NCBI RefSeq assembly: GCF_009914755.1
Contig: NC_060945.1
Origin: the human T2T-CHM13v2.0 reference genome, Homo sapiens
Strand: one strand, 5' to 3'
DNA length: 64,000 nucleotides
Part shown: piece by piece, positions 27,379 through 42,024 of the stretch
Layout: each line of letters begins with the position of its first letter
How positions within the stretch are numbered: position 1 is the stretch's first letter
The notes under the pieces: generated by a model
The model's database searches: none
What the model was told of the DNA's origin: nothing
Seen by the model: the letters and a program-made list of their open reading frames with translations, nothing else
Made by a program: the position numbers and the translations under genes

Positions 27379-30300
27379 TATTCTTGGAAATTAATGCTTT
27401 GCTATATGTGGAGATCTTCCTGACCTGCCAAATGACACATCGTCTGAAAATGATGAACACACATTGTTTAAAAATGAGGCTGGAAACTTGGCCCTTCATT
27501 AAAACCTCTGTAACAGATAACATTCTGTTTCTTCTCAGTATTTTGTTGTGCTTGATATAATCATTTATTACAATCCCTATTATGTTTTTGCTTGCACATA
27601 GAGTAGCAGAAGGAATAACCTTCTGATAGTAACTTTTCATCAGATAGGCTCCTGAGAATAATCTGATGGTAAAATGTGATCTTGGTTTTGTTACCTATGT
27701 GTCAAAGTGTTGAGATCAAGGGACTTTATTCTTCCACTGGCAAAACTCATAGTTACAACATTTTTCTAGATTCGGCTCAAACAGCGGCAAATTTCTTATT
27801 TTAAATGTTCCCTTCACAAAACTTTTATAGATGAAATGTATAAATAAATCAGATGACTAGTTCATGAACATACTCTGCCAGTATCTGATACTTTGTAAAA
27901 ACAAGTAAATGGTTGCTGTATCTAATAGATGCCTTCTACATTAGAGAATCGTAATGGATCAAATGTTAGATTTTCCACAAAAAATTATCCTCTGGAACAA
28001 AACAGTTCAAGAAATAGAATGTGATACTTTGCTAGGCTCAACAGATACACTTTTTTATTCTAACAGCTGCCTCTGCAGACAACAGCATCAGATGAACAAA
28101 TATTATTTTCATAGCAGAAATGGTCATGTCTGCTGGGCTGCCAATTGACGATGCAGTCATTTTGCCTCTGTGTAGCTTTATCTACTACTAAAATAGACTT
28201 TGATTCTTCCATTGGAGAAGAATATAATGATCATGTGTGATATGTAGGAAAGTTACACGTTCATAGCAGAAAACACGTAAGAGAGAGTTTGCCCAGGCAA
28301 ATCCGGGTCCACCTGCCATATCAGAATGAGAGAAGAAAGAGGGGCCCTCTAGTCTCAGTCTTGAGCACCTTAAATACACACTAGCACTTAGGCCCCAGGG
28401 AGGTTTGGAACATAAGCACCAAAAATCCCCCCACTGCAACAGGGGCTAACTAGAGAGGACCTAAAAAAACCTTTCCATCCAGGGAGTTGAAACATATCTG
28501 TGAAAACAATAGCTTGTGGAAGCTGTTGTTTTAGGGAAGATGTGTTAGGGAAGATCCCAACCAGCGTCTATAAGAGTGGTTTGGAAAGTTCTGGAACATT
28601 TCAAATGCTGTGATCTTTGTATCACTTTGTTTCCAGGTTTTTTTATTTTTATTTTTTCTTCCTCCCAGACAAGACCTTTCAGGTTAGCCCAACGATTGCG
28701 CAACATGTAACCAAGCATGCCTCTCCCCTTCCTATTTTCTTTTGTTTTTAATTTAAAGGGAAATCAACAGCCGCCACCCATTTCATGATTGCAATGATGA
28801 GGCTGGAGCATTTCAGCCTCATAACTTTTCTGGATTCTTTTCCGTGTCCAAACAGATTTTTGTAAAAAAATCATGTTAGTTTTTTCTGGTACACAGTAAA
28901 TTCCGATGGTTTTTTTGCTGTGCATGCCTCATGGGTGGTATGAGTTGAGAAAAAAATGCCAGAAAGTGGCTACTGAGAATCTTGTGGAATGGAAGCTGTC
29001 AATGGGATGGGGAAACATTAATGCTTTATGAGGAAAATTAATGATGGCAGTTTCCACATGAGCCCCAGCCTAGACTTCTTGGACCCTAAGTAAAGAGTTC
29101 CATGTGATCTCCCAAGTGGTACACAGCCATTCGTTCTTTAATGTCCCAGTTAAAAGTGTTTTATGTTAATCATCAAAATCTAGAATTTCTCAAGCGAAGT
29201 TCTAAACACACAGAAAATAATAAATGGCACCCAGCAGGAATAATTTTCCTCATGGTTTTTAACATCAGTTCTCTGATAGCGCAATGCTCATGTTCTTACA
29301 TGTATGAGTGCAGGTGAATACACATATATACATATACATTCTCTAACCCAGAGATGAATTAAAAAGGAGAATTTTCATCCTATGTGCTTTATGCCCTAAG
29401 TCAGAGTTGAGGGAAGAAACAAGATCAGCTACATTGAGTTTTATTCTAGGAGCAAAAGGCTTGTAAACTCTTCAGAAGTCTCTCCCCTAACCAGTTCCAC
29501 TTAGCCTTGAACTGTGCTGCTCCCCACATGAGGTAAGAAGACGCTTCATCTAGAACTTTCAGAAGTGGTGCAGGAATTTAGACACACTTAGGGAATAGCA
29601 GGCATCTCCTCCATTGATCTCAGAAACCTTTGGTTTGTGTTTTTGGCTTTTTCAAAAATATATTTGCTCCCTTCAAGTTGGACTGAAATAAACTCAGGTC
29701 TAGGTTGCCTTCTCAATGGCAGCAATGAGCCAGTACTATTAAAATATCAGCACAGAGAACTAGAAATGTCGGATCTTGTCACTGCCATAGAAGAATTGTG
29801 GCTACCACTTCTATGCAGAGTATGGAATGGTCTTTCCTCAGGTTCCTGTATGCTAAAGGTCCGGACAGAATTACTCTGTCCCTTTCTCTAGCCTCAGTCA
29901 TCTGACCAGTGTGTGAACAACAAGAATATCCTCTGATAAGCCTTCGTCCACGATTGTGACAACCCTGTGTTCCCTCTAATGTCCAGGAGTCCCTCTGGCT
30001 CCCTTTAGCCTCTGTGCCTCCAGGGTGCCTGTGGTAGGAGCAGAGGGAGCTAGTGACTCCCTGCTGATGCTAACCGTATTCTAAACCACTAGTATAGTCT
30101 CCCTCCTTTCCTCTTGGAATTTCTCTCTTCCTGCAGCAACTCCTGGAACTCCTCCTGAATACAATCCACCTGCTGTTTTGTAAGAATAGCTCTCTGTTCT
30201 TTCATGTGGGTTCGGATTTTTGCCCAATTCAACACATCCTGAGCAGGGCATCTAACTTCACTACACAGAGAGCCTGGCTGTGAGACACAAAGACCTACAC

Positions 30301-32803
30301 AAACATGGGACCAAAGAAACATACTTTGCTTTGTGGGTCTTAACATAATCTACCAATCGGTCTTTCAAAATTCTTGTCTTCTCATGTATGACATGTTAAG
30401 ACTCTTACTAAAGAACTCACTTAAATGTCAGCCCATATACTCTACAAAAAAATGTTTTATCTCTATTCACCTCCATTCTTTTTGAAGGTGATTTTACTAA
30501 AGCCAGATAACTGAAATATTAATGTATAGAATCTAATTTCTTAATGGTATGGAAGGCTGAAAATAGTTTTATTGTTTGATGTTGAGCTATAGATGATGAT
30601 TTCTTTTTCTTTTATTTTTTTCCTTTTTTTTTTTTTTGAAGGTTGGAAGATTCTTTAATGAGAGACATATGCAGCAAGTTAAAGCTTGTAAGCTTACTTC
30701 ATCTCAGTAATGCAGAAAACTCCTTAAACTGTTGATTTTCTTTTGGAGGGCACTCTGAACTATGCAAAATATCATCTGATTCCTCAAGGAAAACTAGGAA
30801 ACAATGAAGAAAAAGTACCTTCAAACTTTATGAATGTCTCGGCCACCCCCTGCTGCATCCATCAAATACCAGATTGAATTAGTGAGATTCAAATACCAGA
30901 GATTTTATGGTAATGGGATATTTAGAAATCATTCCCCGAGGTTCCGCCTATGTTGGAGTGAGCCTGTGTGCTCACAGTGATAGAATTTGGGGCTAGATCC
31001 CAGTGTTGGTTCAATTATTAGGCTAGGTGATCTTCCACAGCTTATTTTAAATTGCAGTTTTCCAAGATTTATAAGACTGCATTTTTGGACTTTCTCTAAT
31101 GCACTCAAGCAAAAAAAAAAAAATCATTTGCCTGTACACTGATGACTATACCTGGTAAGGCTATATAAATGTGTACAAATTTGTACCAATACTTTAACTT
31201 TATTGGTTCACTTGCAGGTTTCATAGTCACTTGACCGTCATTCACCATTTACCTCCAGATGCCTTTCTTCCCTCTGCTCTGAGCTCAGGTACAAGTGTCC
31301 ATTATTGCTCTAAGAGCTAGTCTTGACTGGGCTTAATTGATATTTCCATTAGTCTGATGAATACAAATGGCATTAAATACCAGGATCAGACACAAAGTGA
31401 ATATGAGTGATCCTTTGCAGCCACCTGGGAAGGGTGAGTGGGGATTTTTAAGGCATAGTGGTGAGGACAATTAGCAGGGCTAATGTACCCTTTCCATGGT
31501 TGAGATGACACCAGATGCCCCTCTCTTGCTGGCATTCAGTGCACAATGAAGTCTGCATTGATCTAGATGGCAAACCACATTGGTTTCAGAGCCAGGAGGC
31601 TCCACTCAGCATGGCACAACTTTGTGTTATGAGAGGAAAAGAGTGAGGCAGCAAGTGAGCTTAGAGCCTTGGGTCAGGTTGAAGGAAAGTTTCCCTCTTT
31701 CTCCCCGGACCAGATGCACATATCAACTGTGAACCCTGAAGTCAAGTCAAGCTCCTAGGACTGCCTCCCTGTGTTGGGCTGAGGGCAGCGAGTACGCCTT
31801 GGCAGCTTTTAACCCGTGTCCCTTCTGCCTGCATTGGCACGCGGTCAATCTCTGAGCAGTTGGGGGATATGGAAAGCATAAAGGGGAAGGATCCACAGGG
31901 ACAATCAATCATGTCATCAAGATCAGCTTCTGAAGGAAACAAGCACAAATGCTTCAGTGAAAACAAACTAATTTCATTCTGACTGTTCTACTGTTCGGGG
32001 TTTTATGACTGTGTTTTTCACCCTGTGTGGAAAAATACAAAGAACTGCCCAGGAACTGAAAAACAGAAAAGAATCTGTCTTGAGGAACATTTCCCCCTTT
32101 AACTTCTTTGCTGTCTTTACCAGATGTACCCATCCAGGCTCCAACATGAACCACACAATGGACCTTAGGCCCATTCCAGCACACAATAACTCAACAAAGG
32201 ATGCTTAAAACATTAAAAGGATCTTTACTATCCTCTTGGCAAAGTACTTCACATGAATTGCCAGTTTTCCAGTTGTTACACCAAAGAAAGATAAGGGGAT
32301 CAACGGATCAAAATCCATCTTACTTCATACAAAAGACAGAAGTTGTTATAGAAAGCCAATATGGCTTGGGGAGGGAACATGGAGTCAGTCCCGGTGTGGG
32401 GTCAATGATTTTACCAGGTGATATTCCTTCAGTTGTTTATGTTGATGTTTTTTCACCCCCTAAAGAGACTCAGAGATAAATAAAATTCAGTCTTTGGGGT
32501 TGCTCTAAAGCACTCAAGTAAAAATTACCTGATTATTGGCAACTGGATTTTGCAAAATTGTGGGGAGAAAATTTGGAACCCTCGCAAATCCTCCTACACA
32601 AATGTTGAGCTAAATATTTTCACTTTATGCTCGCCTGACAGAGATAGTAGTGGTGAAAGTTACAGAGAGATTTGCCGATATAGAGCATTTGCTTATATCA
32701 CACCCTTTCTCTTTTCCCCAAATCTTTTCCTTTTTAATAGCGTAGGAAGAAAAAAAAGGAGTTTAAGGAAATAATTTCTTGTGCTTACTATAGCCCTCAA
32801 GAC

Positions 32804-33100
<297 letters not shown>

Positions 33101-34279
33101 CCAACAATTTTCTTATTCTTTGAGTTTCTCACTCGTACTAAACAAAACTAGAGAATTCCCCTGAATTACACAGGAATCTGGGTAAAGTTGTATAGATTCA
33201 GACCATGTGATACTTCTTCAGCCATTCTTCTGAGAATTTGGCAAGGAGACTATAAGTTTTGATTGGTTAATATTTGTGTGGGTACGAATGCCAGCACTGA
33301 AATATGTGGTTAAATATTGTATTGCTTTGGGTGGTTGGCCTCATGTGAGTGCTTCCTCTAGCACAAATGTCATTTGGCAAACTTGGTTCTCACAGTTCAA
33401 ATGAAATCTATGGAGGAAGAGGAGAGCCTGTCGTCTCCTCTTAGGACAGATGGCACATGCTGCAGTGTGAATGGCAGAATTGGGGAGGCCTAGGTCTGGG
33501 TTTTTGTGGCTAGAGAATATACTAACCATCAGAATCATGTTGTGGCCATTAATAGGATTATCTTATTTTCAGTAATTACTAACTATACTATATGAGAGAC
33601 AGATAGTATAATAACTAATGACTAACTATATGAAAGACAGTTTAATGTTAATACCTCCACTCTGAATGAATTGCTTGTTTAACAGATGGCTTCTGACTTA
33701 TTGGGAAGTTGTTAGAACATCAAAGCACAGTTTATGAGGCCTGGCAAATTATGTATCTGAGTTTAGCCTTTTGTTTCCAATGTTACCTTCTAAATGATCT
33801 GTTTCATAACTAAGATTAATATGAGCACAGTTAAATAAGTTATTTCATGGAGAACAGGCATGCCAATATAGATATTATCAAGATGTATAATTTGCCAAAA
33901 ATATTTGTTGAGTATCTGTGATGTGCCAGCCATACAGTGGTAAACATTTATTGATCACTTACAGATATGAACTATAGTATGCACACATCTACAGTTTCAG
34001 ATGGACTATAGTATCATAGTTACATAAAATACAGCCAAAGGCATCCTAGAATTTTTCTTTTTCAAAAATAAAACAATTCTACAATCTCACAAACATATTC
34101 GGGTCCATTTCTCTGTGCTTACAAACATGCTCAGGCTTGCCCAATGAGTGGAACCCACCATCCTTTGACCTTGGCCTTGCAGCCTAGTTTCTTTGAGAGT
34201 ACATTTTCCCCTACCAACTCCTCCGCCACATACCCCACAAAAAGCAGCCTCATTTTCCACCTCCAAATTCTCACTATCT

Positions 34280-36050
34280 TCCACTCCTCAGCCCCAGGAA
34301 CCTGCTTTTTACTCCCACTGCTCTCCTGAAATTGCTTTCTCAAATGTCAAAGTACCACCAGTTGATTCAATTCTTCCCTCCCAGACTTCTCTGCAACACC
34401 CTTGAAAATGCCCTCCTTGAAAAGCTCTCTATCCTTGGTATGTTCTCCACACTGTGGCAACTCGAGACTTTTCTTCACCTCTCTGACAGTTCCTTTCATC
34501 TTCTTTGTTCTTGCTCCCTAAAGTAAGATTCTTTAAGGCTTTCTTTGCTCTCTGTGTACAACCTTCTTGTAGAATTGGGTATTTCCTGGGCTTTGACTAT
34601 TGTATCTATGAATGTGAACTATCGAAGCTCTTTCTCCAGATCTGGCTTCTCTTCAGACTCCAGTCCCATGTCTTCATTTGCTACCTGGAAGCCTCACCTC
34701 ATGATGAGTTTGGGAACTCAACATATCCCAAAGCAAACTCATTGACTGCTTCTCACCAAGGATCTTCTCTTCCTGGTTTTCCAGGTTTGGATGCGTTCTC
34801 CTGTTCTCCTAGAGGGTTCTCCCTCTTAATTAGTTGCCCAATTCTGTCCATTCTACCTTCACTATAACAAGTGACTGTCCCACTTTTAGTTAGTCCTGCC
34901 ACCTCCTCTCTTCAGCTCTTCATGAATTCCCTCTCTGAACTGCTCTCCCTCATGCCAGTCTCTTTCCACTCTGTTCCGTGCCTCACACGTTTTGCAGATG
35001 AACCTTGCCAAAGAAATGATATCACTGTGACATTTCTGTCTTCACAAATGCCTTATTCTATCCTGACCCTCCAAATTAATGTTTTTAACCTTTTCTCCTG
35101 CTCTTTCTCAAGCATGTAGCCATGGTCCCACAAATACCATGGGCTTGGGGGGAGGTTCAGATCACATAGCACATTCCCCTCTCTGTCCCCTTGTATATGC
35201 CCCTAGAGCTGTGTGGACTCTCCTCCTTCACACTTCTGCACTTGCCATCCTTCAAGGCCCAGTTCTGTTGACATAGTCTCCAGGAAGACTTCCTCTTTTG
35301 GTGATGTTTGAGAAGTTACAATAAGGTGCTGTACTTTTCCATAGCTCGGCTTGATTCATGTGCTATATAAAAAAAAAGACTGTAGAGGGTCTCATAGCAA
35401 TACAGCAACAGGTGGTTGATGAATCAATTTAGGAAGTGGCTGCTGGGGGCAGAGCTTTATTTATCAAAGGGTACAGCTTTGCAAGCTGAGTGTACAAGAG
35501 CTTCCTGGGTCAGGGCTGTCTGGTGACCTACAGACATGGATGGGGTGGCAGTCATAAGTGAGTTTGGGCTGTGACATTTTGGCTTTCTCTAGGTTTTCTC
35601 ATTTATCACAAAGGGACTGGTAATTCCTATGTGACTCTACATGTAGGCATCACATGTCGCTGAGCTCCAGAGAAAAGGCAAGCTCGTCCACCTTCAGACT
35701 CATGCACTTGCATCCCACTAGGTCCTCCCTTGGGTCTGTAATGAGCTACTTCTCCTCACCTTAGTTAAGCAGTTTCATTCTTTACAGACCACCTCAAAGG
35801 CCAATTCTACCATGGTCTTTCTTCAACCCATAGTCATAACACTCTCTCCCTCTTCTGGTCACACATGGCACTCTATCTGTGCCTCAAGTGGTTCAATGAC
35901 TGTTCTCCCTGGCTTTGCATGTGTCATCTTACCAAATGGATTATAAGATGTTTGAGTCTGGAGACTAAATTTTATTTATTATTATAATGCACAATATAGC
36001 CCTGTGTTCATAGCTGGAATTTAATACATGTTAGTTGAATAAACATTGAA
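34280..36050 (+). mobile_element. LINE-2 fragments (discontinuous)
   Basis: actcaacatatcccaaagcaaactcat and cagactccagtcccat motifs; L2-like end near 36040. Confidence 0.6.
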
Positions 36051-37463
36051 GGATGAAGTTTCAGATTTTTTTGGCTACCATTACTCTCAGCTATGTTGAT
36101 GTAATGAAACACGTGTGCCATATAAACATGTATCTATTTACCAATCTGCTGCTCAAATTGATGACTTTTTACAAGGCTTCTAGGTGGGGCAGCTTTTAGA
36201 ATAAAGATGAACACCCACACGCACACTCTTACATGAGTGACTGAACAATCTCACATTTTATTATTTATAGAAATACATGTGAATATGCTACAACTTAATT
36301 TATTTCCTGCAAGCAGAAATCCTTATCATTATAAGGAAGCCCCTGTCTTTTGTTTTTGTCCATTTTTTCCCCTGATGTGTTCATAAACATGTCCCATGGA
36401 TGGCAGGAATGCACAGCTATTTCACTGGTGGTATAAATAGTTTTCACAGAAGCCCTGTCTATCATGGTAAATGGCACAAAAGACTTTTTTCCTCCACAGA
36501 AGCCTTTATTTTTCTCCCTGTATTTCCCTCAGAGGTCCGCCACAGTCTGAAGGGACTTCACAGCTGTGCTGTCTACGAACCCACTCCTAACTTCCAAACT
36601 TTCGCCAAAGTGTTTCCTCTGAGGTCCTTATAGAAGCGCTTCTGGACAACGTGGGATGTTGCTAACATTTGGAAAGTGACTGTCATGCTGCGAGGAAGTA
36701 TTTGCAGGCCTCTGAGTTCAGTCCTCCGAGGACATTTCACCTTCTTTGCTCTCGTCCAAGCCTTAGACCCCAGCACCCAGTCAGCTCCCCTCCTGTGGGT
36801 TTTCCGGGCTGCTGTTTCATCTCTCTCCCCATTACCCTCATCATCCCCACTCCCACCCCGACATAAATTCAAAAGAAATCTTTTTTTTTTTTTGGGGGGG
36901 GGTTTCACTTTTGAAATGAAGGCTCATATTTCAGCTCTAGATTTAGAATAGGTAAATATTTTTTAAAAAATCATTTCTTCATATAAATTAAAAAGCCAAA
37001 CATCAATAAGCCAAACATCAATAGCAACGGCAACACCTCTCCAACAACAGCTGCAGAAATTGCCAACGTGCACCTAACCTGACCTCACGGGGCCATGCCG
37101 GGGGCCTTGTGGAAGAGGATCAGTCCATCTCTGCCCCACCTCAAGCAAGAGTGACTTGCATTTCATTCCTCTGTATTCATTCTCTCGGGGTTTTCAGCCA
37201 CAAAAGTACTTTATAAAAGTTCTGTATAGGAACAGGCTCTGAGAGGAGAATTTCTCAGAAGAGGTCCAAGGTGCTTTGCTTAAATTACTCAAGGTTCAGG
37301 CTCTCAGGGACAGGGCCATGGCTCACAGGCATTTGCTCTGGGGCTGTGAGAATGTGGGATGAGAATGAGGTGGTATCATTTGTGGATGTGATGGTCTACC
37401 CTTCCCTAATTTCCTAATTTGGGAATGACTGATTGACAAGGATGGGGCTACCTGGAGAGCTAG

Positions 37464-37846
<383 letters not shown>

Positions 37847-39249
37847 GGGATGTGCAGAATTTCTTGCCTGGAGATGTTCATTTATTTCCTTCCCTACCCC
37901 ATCCCCCCAAACAGCTACACTGCCTGGAGATTTGGAAGAAAGAGATGAACAGATGTGTGTGATGTTTTAGTTACATTTGACCTAAAAGTGGGGGAAATGA
38001 GCTAAATGACACACCAAAGTCCTTTTCACTAAACAACCAGTATCAGTAGAGCAAGTTGTTTAAATATTGCCATTAGCCCACTTCTGAGGCTTACTGGAGA
38101 GTTTTACTAATGGCAAGATTCAAAAACAGTAACCTCTGTCTTATTGAATAGACGCTCCCCAGCTGCTGAACTGTGAAGTTAATTTCTGGAAAGTGAATTG
38201 TGTTTGTCATTTTTAAAAATACAATTTTCTGTAATAAAAGCAGAGATGCAACCTTCAGCAGAGAAACATTCCAATGTGGCTGGGTTGAATGCTTTGTTTG
38301 GCTGAGGAATGGTTAAAGTGATGTTTGAGGATGTAACCTACCAGTGGAATGAGGCAAGAGAACTTTGCTTACTACATTGGCCTCCCCTAGGTGTACTTGT
38401 TAATTAAGAGTAAAACCACGAAGGTAGCTCCAACCCCAATCGCTGTGGATGCCACACCCGCGCCAGCGAGGGCAGGCTGATAGAGGCTGTGCTAAGATTG
38501 CCGTCCTGTCACAGCGTGGAGTGGGAGTGGGAAGGGGGCCTCCTACTCTCATCGTTAGCCAACGCACAACATATGTTCACTAGTCATATCCTTTCTGTCA
38601 AGCAAGGAACTAGGCCCTGGGAGTACAAGGATGAATAATACACGAGGCCCTTCTTCAAGGAATTTATAGATCCTTCAGGTAAACCATGTGATGTCCCTCC
38701 GAACTGACTGGCATAAAGCGGATGATGGGGCTTTGACATCTTGTGCTGAGAATAACAGAATCACGGCTGAACTGACATCATAGGATCATAGAATTTTATA
38801 ACATGAAGCAGCCTTAGAGATCGTTCACCAAATTGAGTTAAAATTAAATGATTGTTATAGTTCCTTATAAACTGCCAAATGCTAAACAAACATGATTATT
38901 ATTTGGTGGAAGCCCCTCAGGTTTTGGAAGGAGAGAGACTGATACAAAGTTAAGTCATTGCAACAGGTCTTCTAGCTACAGTGTTATAGGTATAGCTACA
39001 TTGTTACACAGCTACATTGTTTAACATTCATAACCCGCATCTTATTTTGTTGTTTAGTACACATAAGTAATATTTTATTTTTCAAATTATATTATAAATA
39101 ACAGAAATTATGAGAAAGAAACTGTATTGAGGAAATATGGGAAAGTAATTTTGTACTGCAGATCTAGAGTATAATGAACAAAAAGAGCCTATAAGCAAAA
39201 AGATTCAAGCTCTTAACAAGGAAATGCCTTGTACATAACTGCACATATA

Positions 39250-39535
39250 GGCTGGGCTCAGTGGCTCATGCCTGTAATACCAGCACTTTGGGAGGCCGAG
39301 GCAGGTGGATCACTTGAGGTCAGGAGTTCAAGACCAGCCCGGCCAACACGGCAAAACCCCATCTCTACTAAATACAAAAATTAGCTGCGCATGGTGGCGG
39401 GTGCCTGTAGTCTCAGCTATTCAGGAGGCTGAGGTAGGAGAATCACTTGAAACCAGAGGTGGAGGTTGCAGTGATCTGAGATCTTGCCACTGCACTCCAG
39501 CCTGGGAAACAGCTAGACTTTGTCTCAGAAAAAAA
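39250..39535 (+). mobile_element. Alu (AluSx/Sq-like)
   Basis: Dimeric Alu; degenerate TSD aactgcacatata / aattgcacacata. Confidence 0.96.
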
Positions 39536-40142
39536 TTGCACACATAGTTAGGTGATGACTTAGTTACATTTCAGAGAGGATATGTGGTAGGCAGAGTACC
39601 TGTGGATGGCCCCCCAAGATTTCCCACCATAAGACCCACAGGTGTCCATCTCTGTGCTAACTTCCAGCGTGGTTTAGGGGAGGCACTGACACTCTGCAGA
39701 ATCCCAGAAAATATAATTAAAGTTCTGTTTATAAATCCTTTATTGACATTTAGTGAACGATTGCAGTGCTACTGATGTAGTGCTCTTTAATAGCTCATTA
39801 TGAAGTTTGTTAGAAGAGACATTAGCAGCAATTTGTCAATAGCCTCTGGAAGTCAAGTGACAAGGTATGCGTGTTTTACAGTGCTGCCGAGTGTTAGACA
39901 TATCCTTGCAGGTGGGGAAACTTCATCCACTTATCTGCCCAAGGGATAGTTCACATGGTGACTCAGATGTTTTGAAGCCACACCATAATGTGTTCTAAAA
40001 GTCGGCGAGAGGTGGAATGACAGCAATCCCACCAAAGTGGCCCCTGTCACTCAAACTTGAGAAGCTGCATGGAATTCCTTTTGTGTCATTCTAAAAAACT
40101 ATAATTCTTTTGAATAGGATAATTTCTTTTAAAAATATTATG

Positions 40143-41190
40143 GAAGCTCTTTAGTTTAATTAGATCCCATTTGTCAATTTTGGCTTTTGTTGCCATTGCT
40201 TTTGGTGTTTTAGACATGAATCTTTGCCCATGCCTATGTCCTGAATGGGAGAAAATTTTTGCAATCTATTCATCTGACAAAGGGCTAATATCCAGAATCT
40301 GTGAAGAACTTAAACAAATTTACAAGAAAAAAACAAACAACACCATCAAAAAGTGGGCAAAGGATATGAACAGACACTTCCCAAAAGAAATTTATGCAGC
40401 CAACAGACATATGAAAAAATGCTCATCATCACTGGTCATTAGAGAAATGCAAATCAAAACCACAATGAGATACCATCTCACACCAGTTAGAATGGTGATC
40501 ATTAAAAAGTCAGGAAACAACAGATGCTGGAGAGGATGTGGAGAAATAGGAAAGCTTTTACACTGTTGGTGGGAATGTAAATTAGTTAAACCATTGTGGA
40601 AGACAGTGTGGCGATTTCTCAAGGATCTAGAACTAGAAATACCATTTGACCCAGCAATCCCATTACTGGGCATATACCCAAAGGATTATAAATCATTCTA
40701 CTATAAAGACACATGCACACGTATGTTTCTTGCGGCATTATTCACAACAGCAAAGACTTGGAACCAACCCAAATGTCCATCAATAATAGACTGGATAAAG
40801 AAAATGTGGCACATACACACCATGGAATACTATGCAGTCATAAAAAGGATGAGTTCATGTCCTTTGCAGGGACATGGATGAAGCTGGAAATCACCATTCT
40901 CAGCAAACTATCACAAGGACAGAAAACCAAACACTACATGTTCTCACTCATAAGTGTGAGTTGAACAAGGAGAACACATGGACATAGGGAGAGGAACATC
41001 ATCCACCGGGGCCTGTCGGGGGATGGGGGTCTAGGGGATGAATAGCAACCCATTAGGAGAAATACCTAATTTAGGTAATGGGTTGATGGGTGCAGCAAAC
41101 CACCATGGCACGTGTATACCTATGTAACAAAACTGCACATTCTGCACATGTACCCTAGAACTTAAAATATAATAATAATAAAAAAGAAAA
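40143..41190 (+). mobile_element. L1PA (about L1PA6/7) 3' end with 5' inversion
   Basis: 40143-40248 antisense ORF2; 40243-41190 sense ORF2 end, 3'UTR and poly(A); translation [19 protein letters not shown]...CWRGCGEIG matches the ORF2p C-terminus. Confidence 0.97.
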
Positions 41191-41389
41191 TATATACATG
41201 GCTATTAAAATTGGAAAAAAAATAGTATGGAATTGGCCTGTCATTATACGGGGGTACCTGAGGTGGCAATTTGGCACCACTTGGTACTTTTTATTCATAC
41301 GTGATAATGTCTGGCATGGAATGGGGTCAATATATATGCTTTGAAGGAGTGAATTTATATTTAAGTTTGCAATAGCTTTATGATTCTAC

Positions 41390-41760
41390 AGCTCTCTTAT
41401 TTAATTATTTCATTTAATCATCTCTTCAACACCTCTCTAGAAGGTAAAAAATAATGTTCTCATTTTACAGAAAAAGAAATTGATATTTGGGACGTTTAAT
41501 ATAACCAAGATGCATAGGTCTGTGCAGCTGCTCTTTCTTCTCACTTTCAGGTCATAATTACTGTTTGCTGGGAACATACTGGGTACTGGTGTTAGGCAGG
41601 TCTTTTGTTTCTCATTAACTACCTCCTCACACCAGGAGGTATGTAGGTCTTTTTATCTTCAGATGAAGTCTCAGTGAGGTTATGTAATTTGAGCTGAATC
41701 ACACAGGCTATGTCTGATCAAGCTGGCATCTAATCGCAAGGCTTGCTACTCAAGAGGATG
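41390..41760 (-). mobile_element. Two MIR fragments
   Basis: cattttacagaaaaagaaattga; cagatgaagtctcagtgaggttatgtaattt. Confidence 0.6.
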
Positions 41761-42024
41761 TGGCCTTCCTGCCATCACCCAGCTGCCCTTCCAACTGAAG
41801 TATAAGGCTATTGCTATTTCCATTTTTAAAAATCTGACAGGCACAAAGCACAAAGGCACAAAGACTTAAGGGATGGCTACAGTTATGATAGTTCAGTCAA
41901 GAAGTCTCTGTTTTGGGGACTTTTTTTTTTTTTAAATCTACGTTTTACAGCATTATTATGCGTCTACGTGAACTTAATTTAATGCAACAAGCGTTGACAA
42001 GTGCCTGTTTTGTGCAAATTCTGT

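Noticed and set aside
27308-27640. ORF with Arg/Lys/Glu-rich NLS-like tail
   Set aside because: Produced by the (CCT/CTT)n tract
30842-30857. CTCF-like gcagcagggggtgg (minus strand)
   Set aside because: Two mismatches, one at the core C; unsupported without ChIP data
38455-38480. CTCF-like gccagcgagggcag in a small CpG patch
   Set aside because: Spacing does not fit CCASYAGRKGGC; the patch is too short for a CpG island
38970-39022. Three agctaca(t/g)tgtt repeats
   Set aside because: Short, irregularly spaced slippage repeats, not an array with spacers
40171-40881. 236-aa ORF as a gene
   Set aside because: Fusion of inverted and sense L1 ORF2 fragments, non-ATG start, frameshifted end
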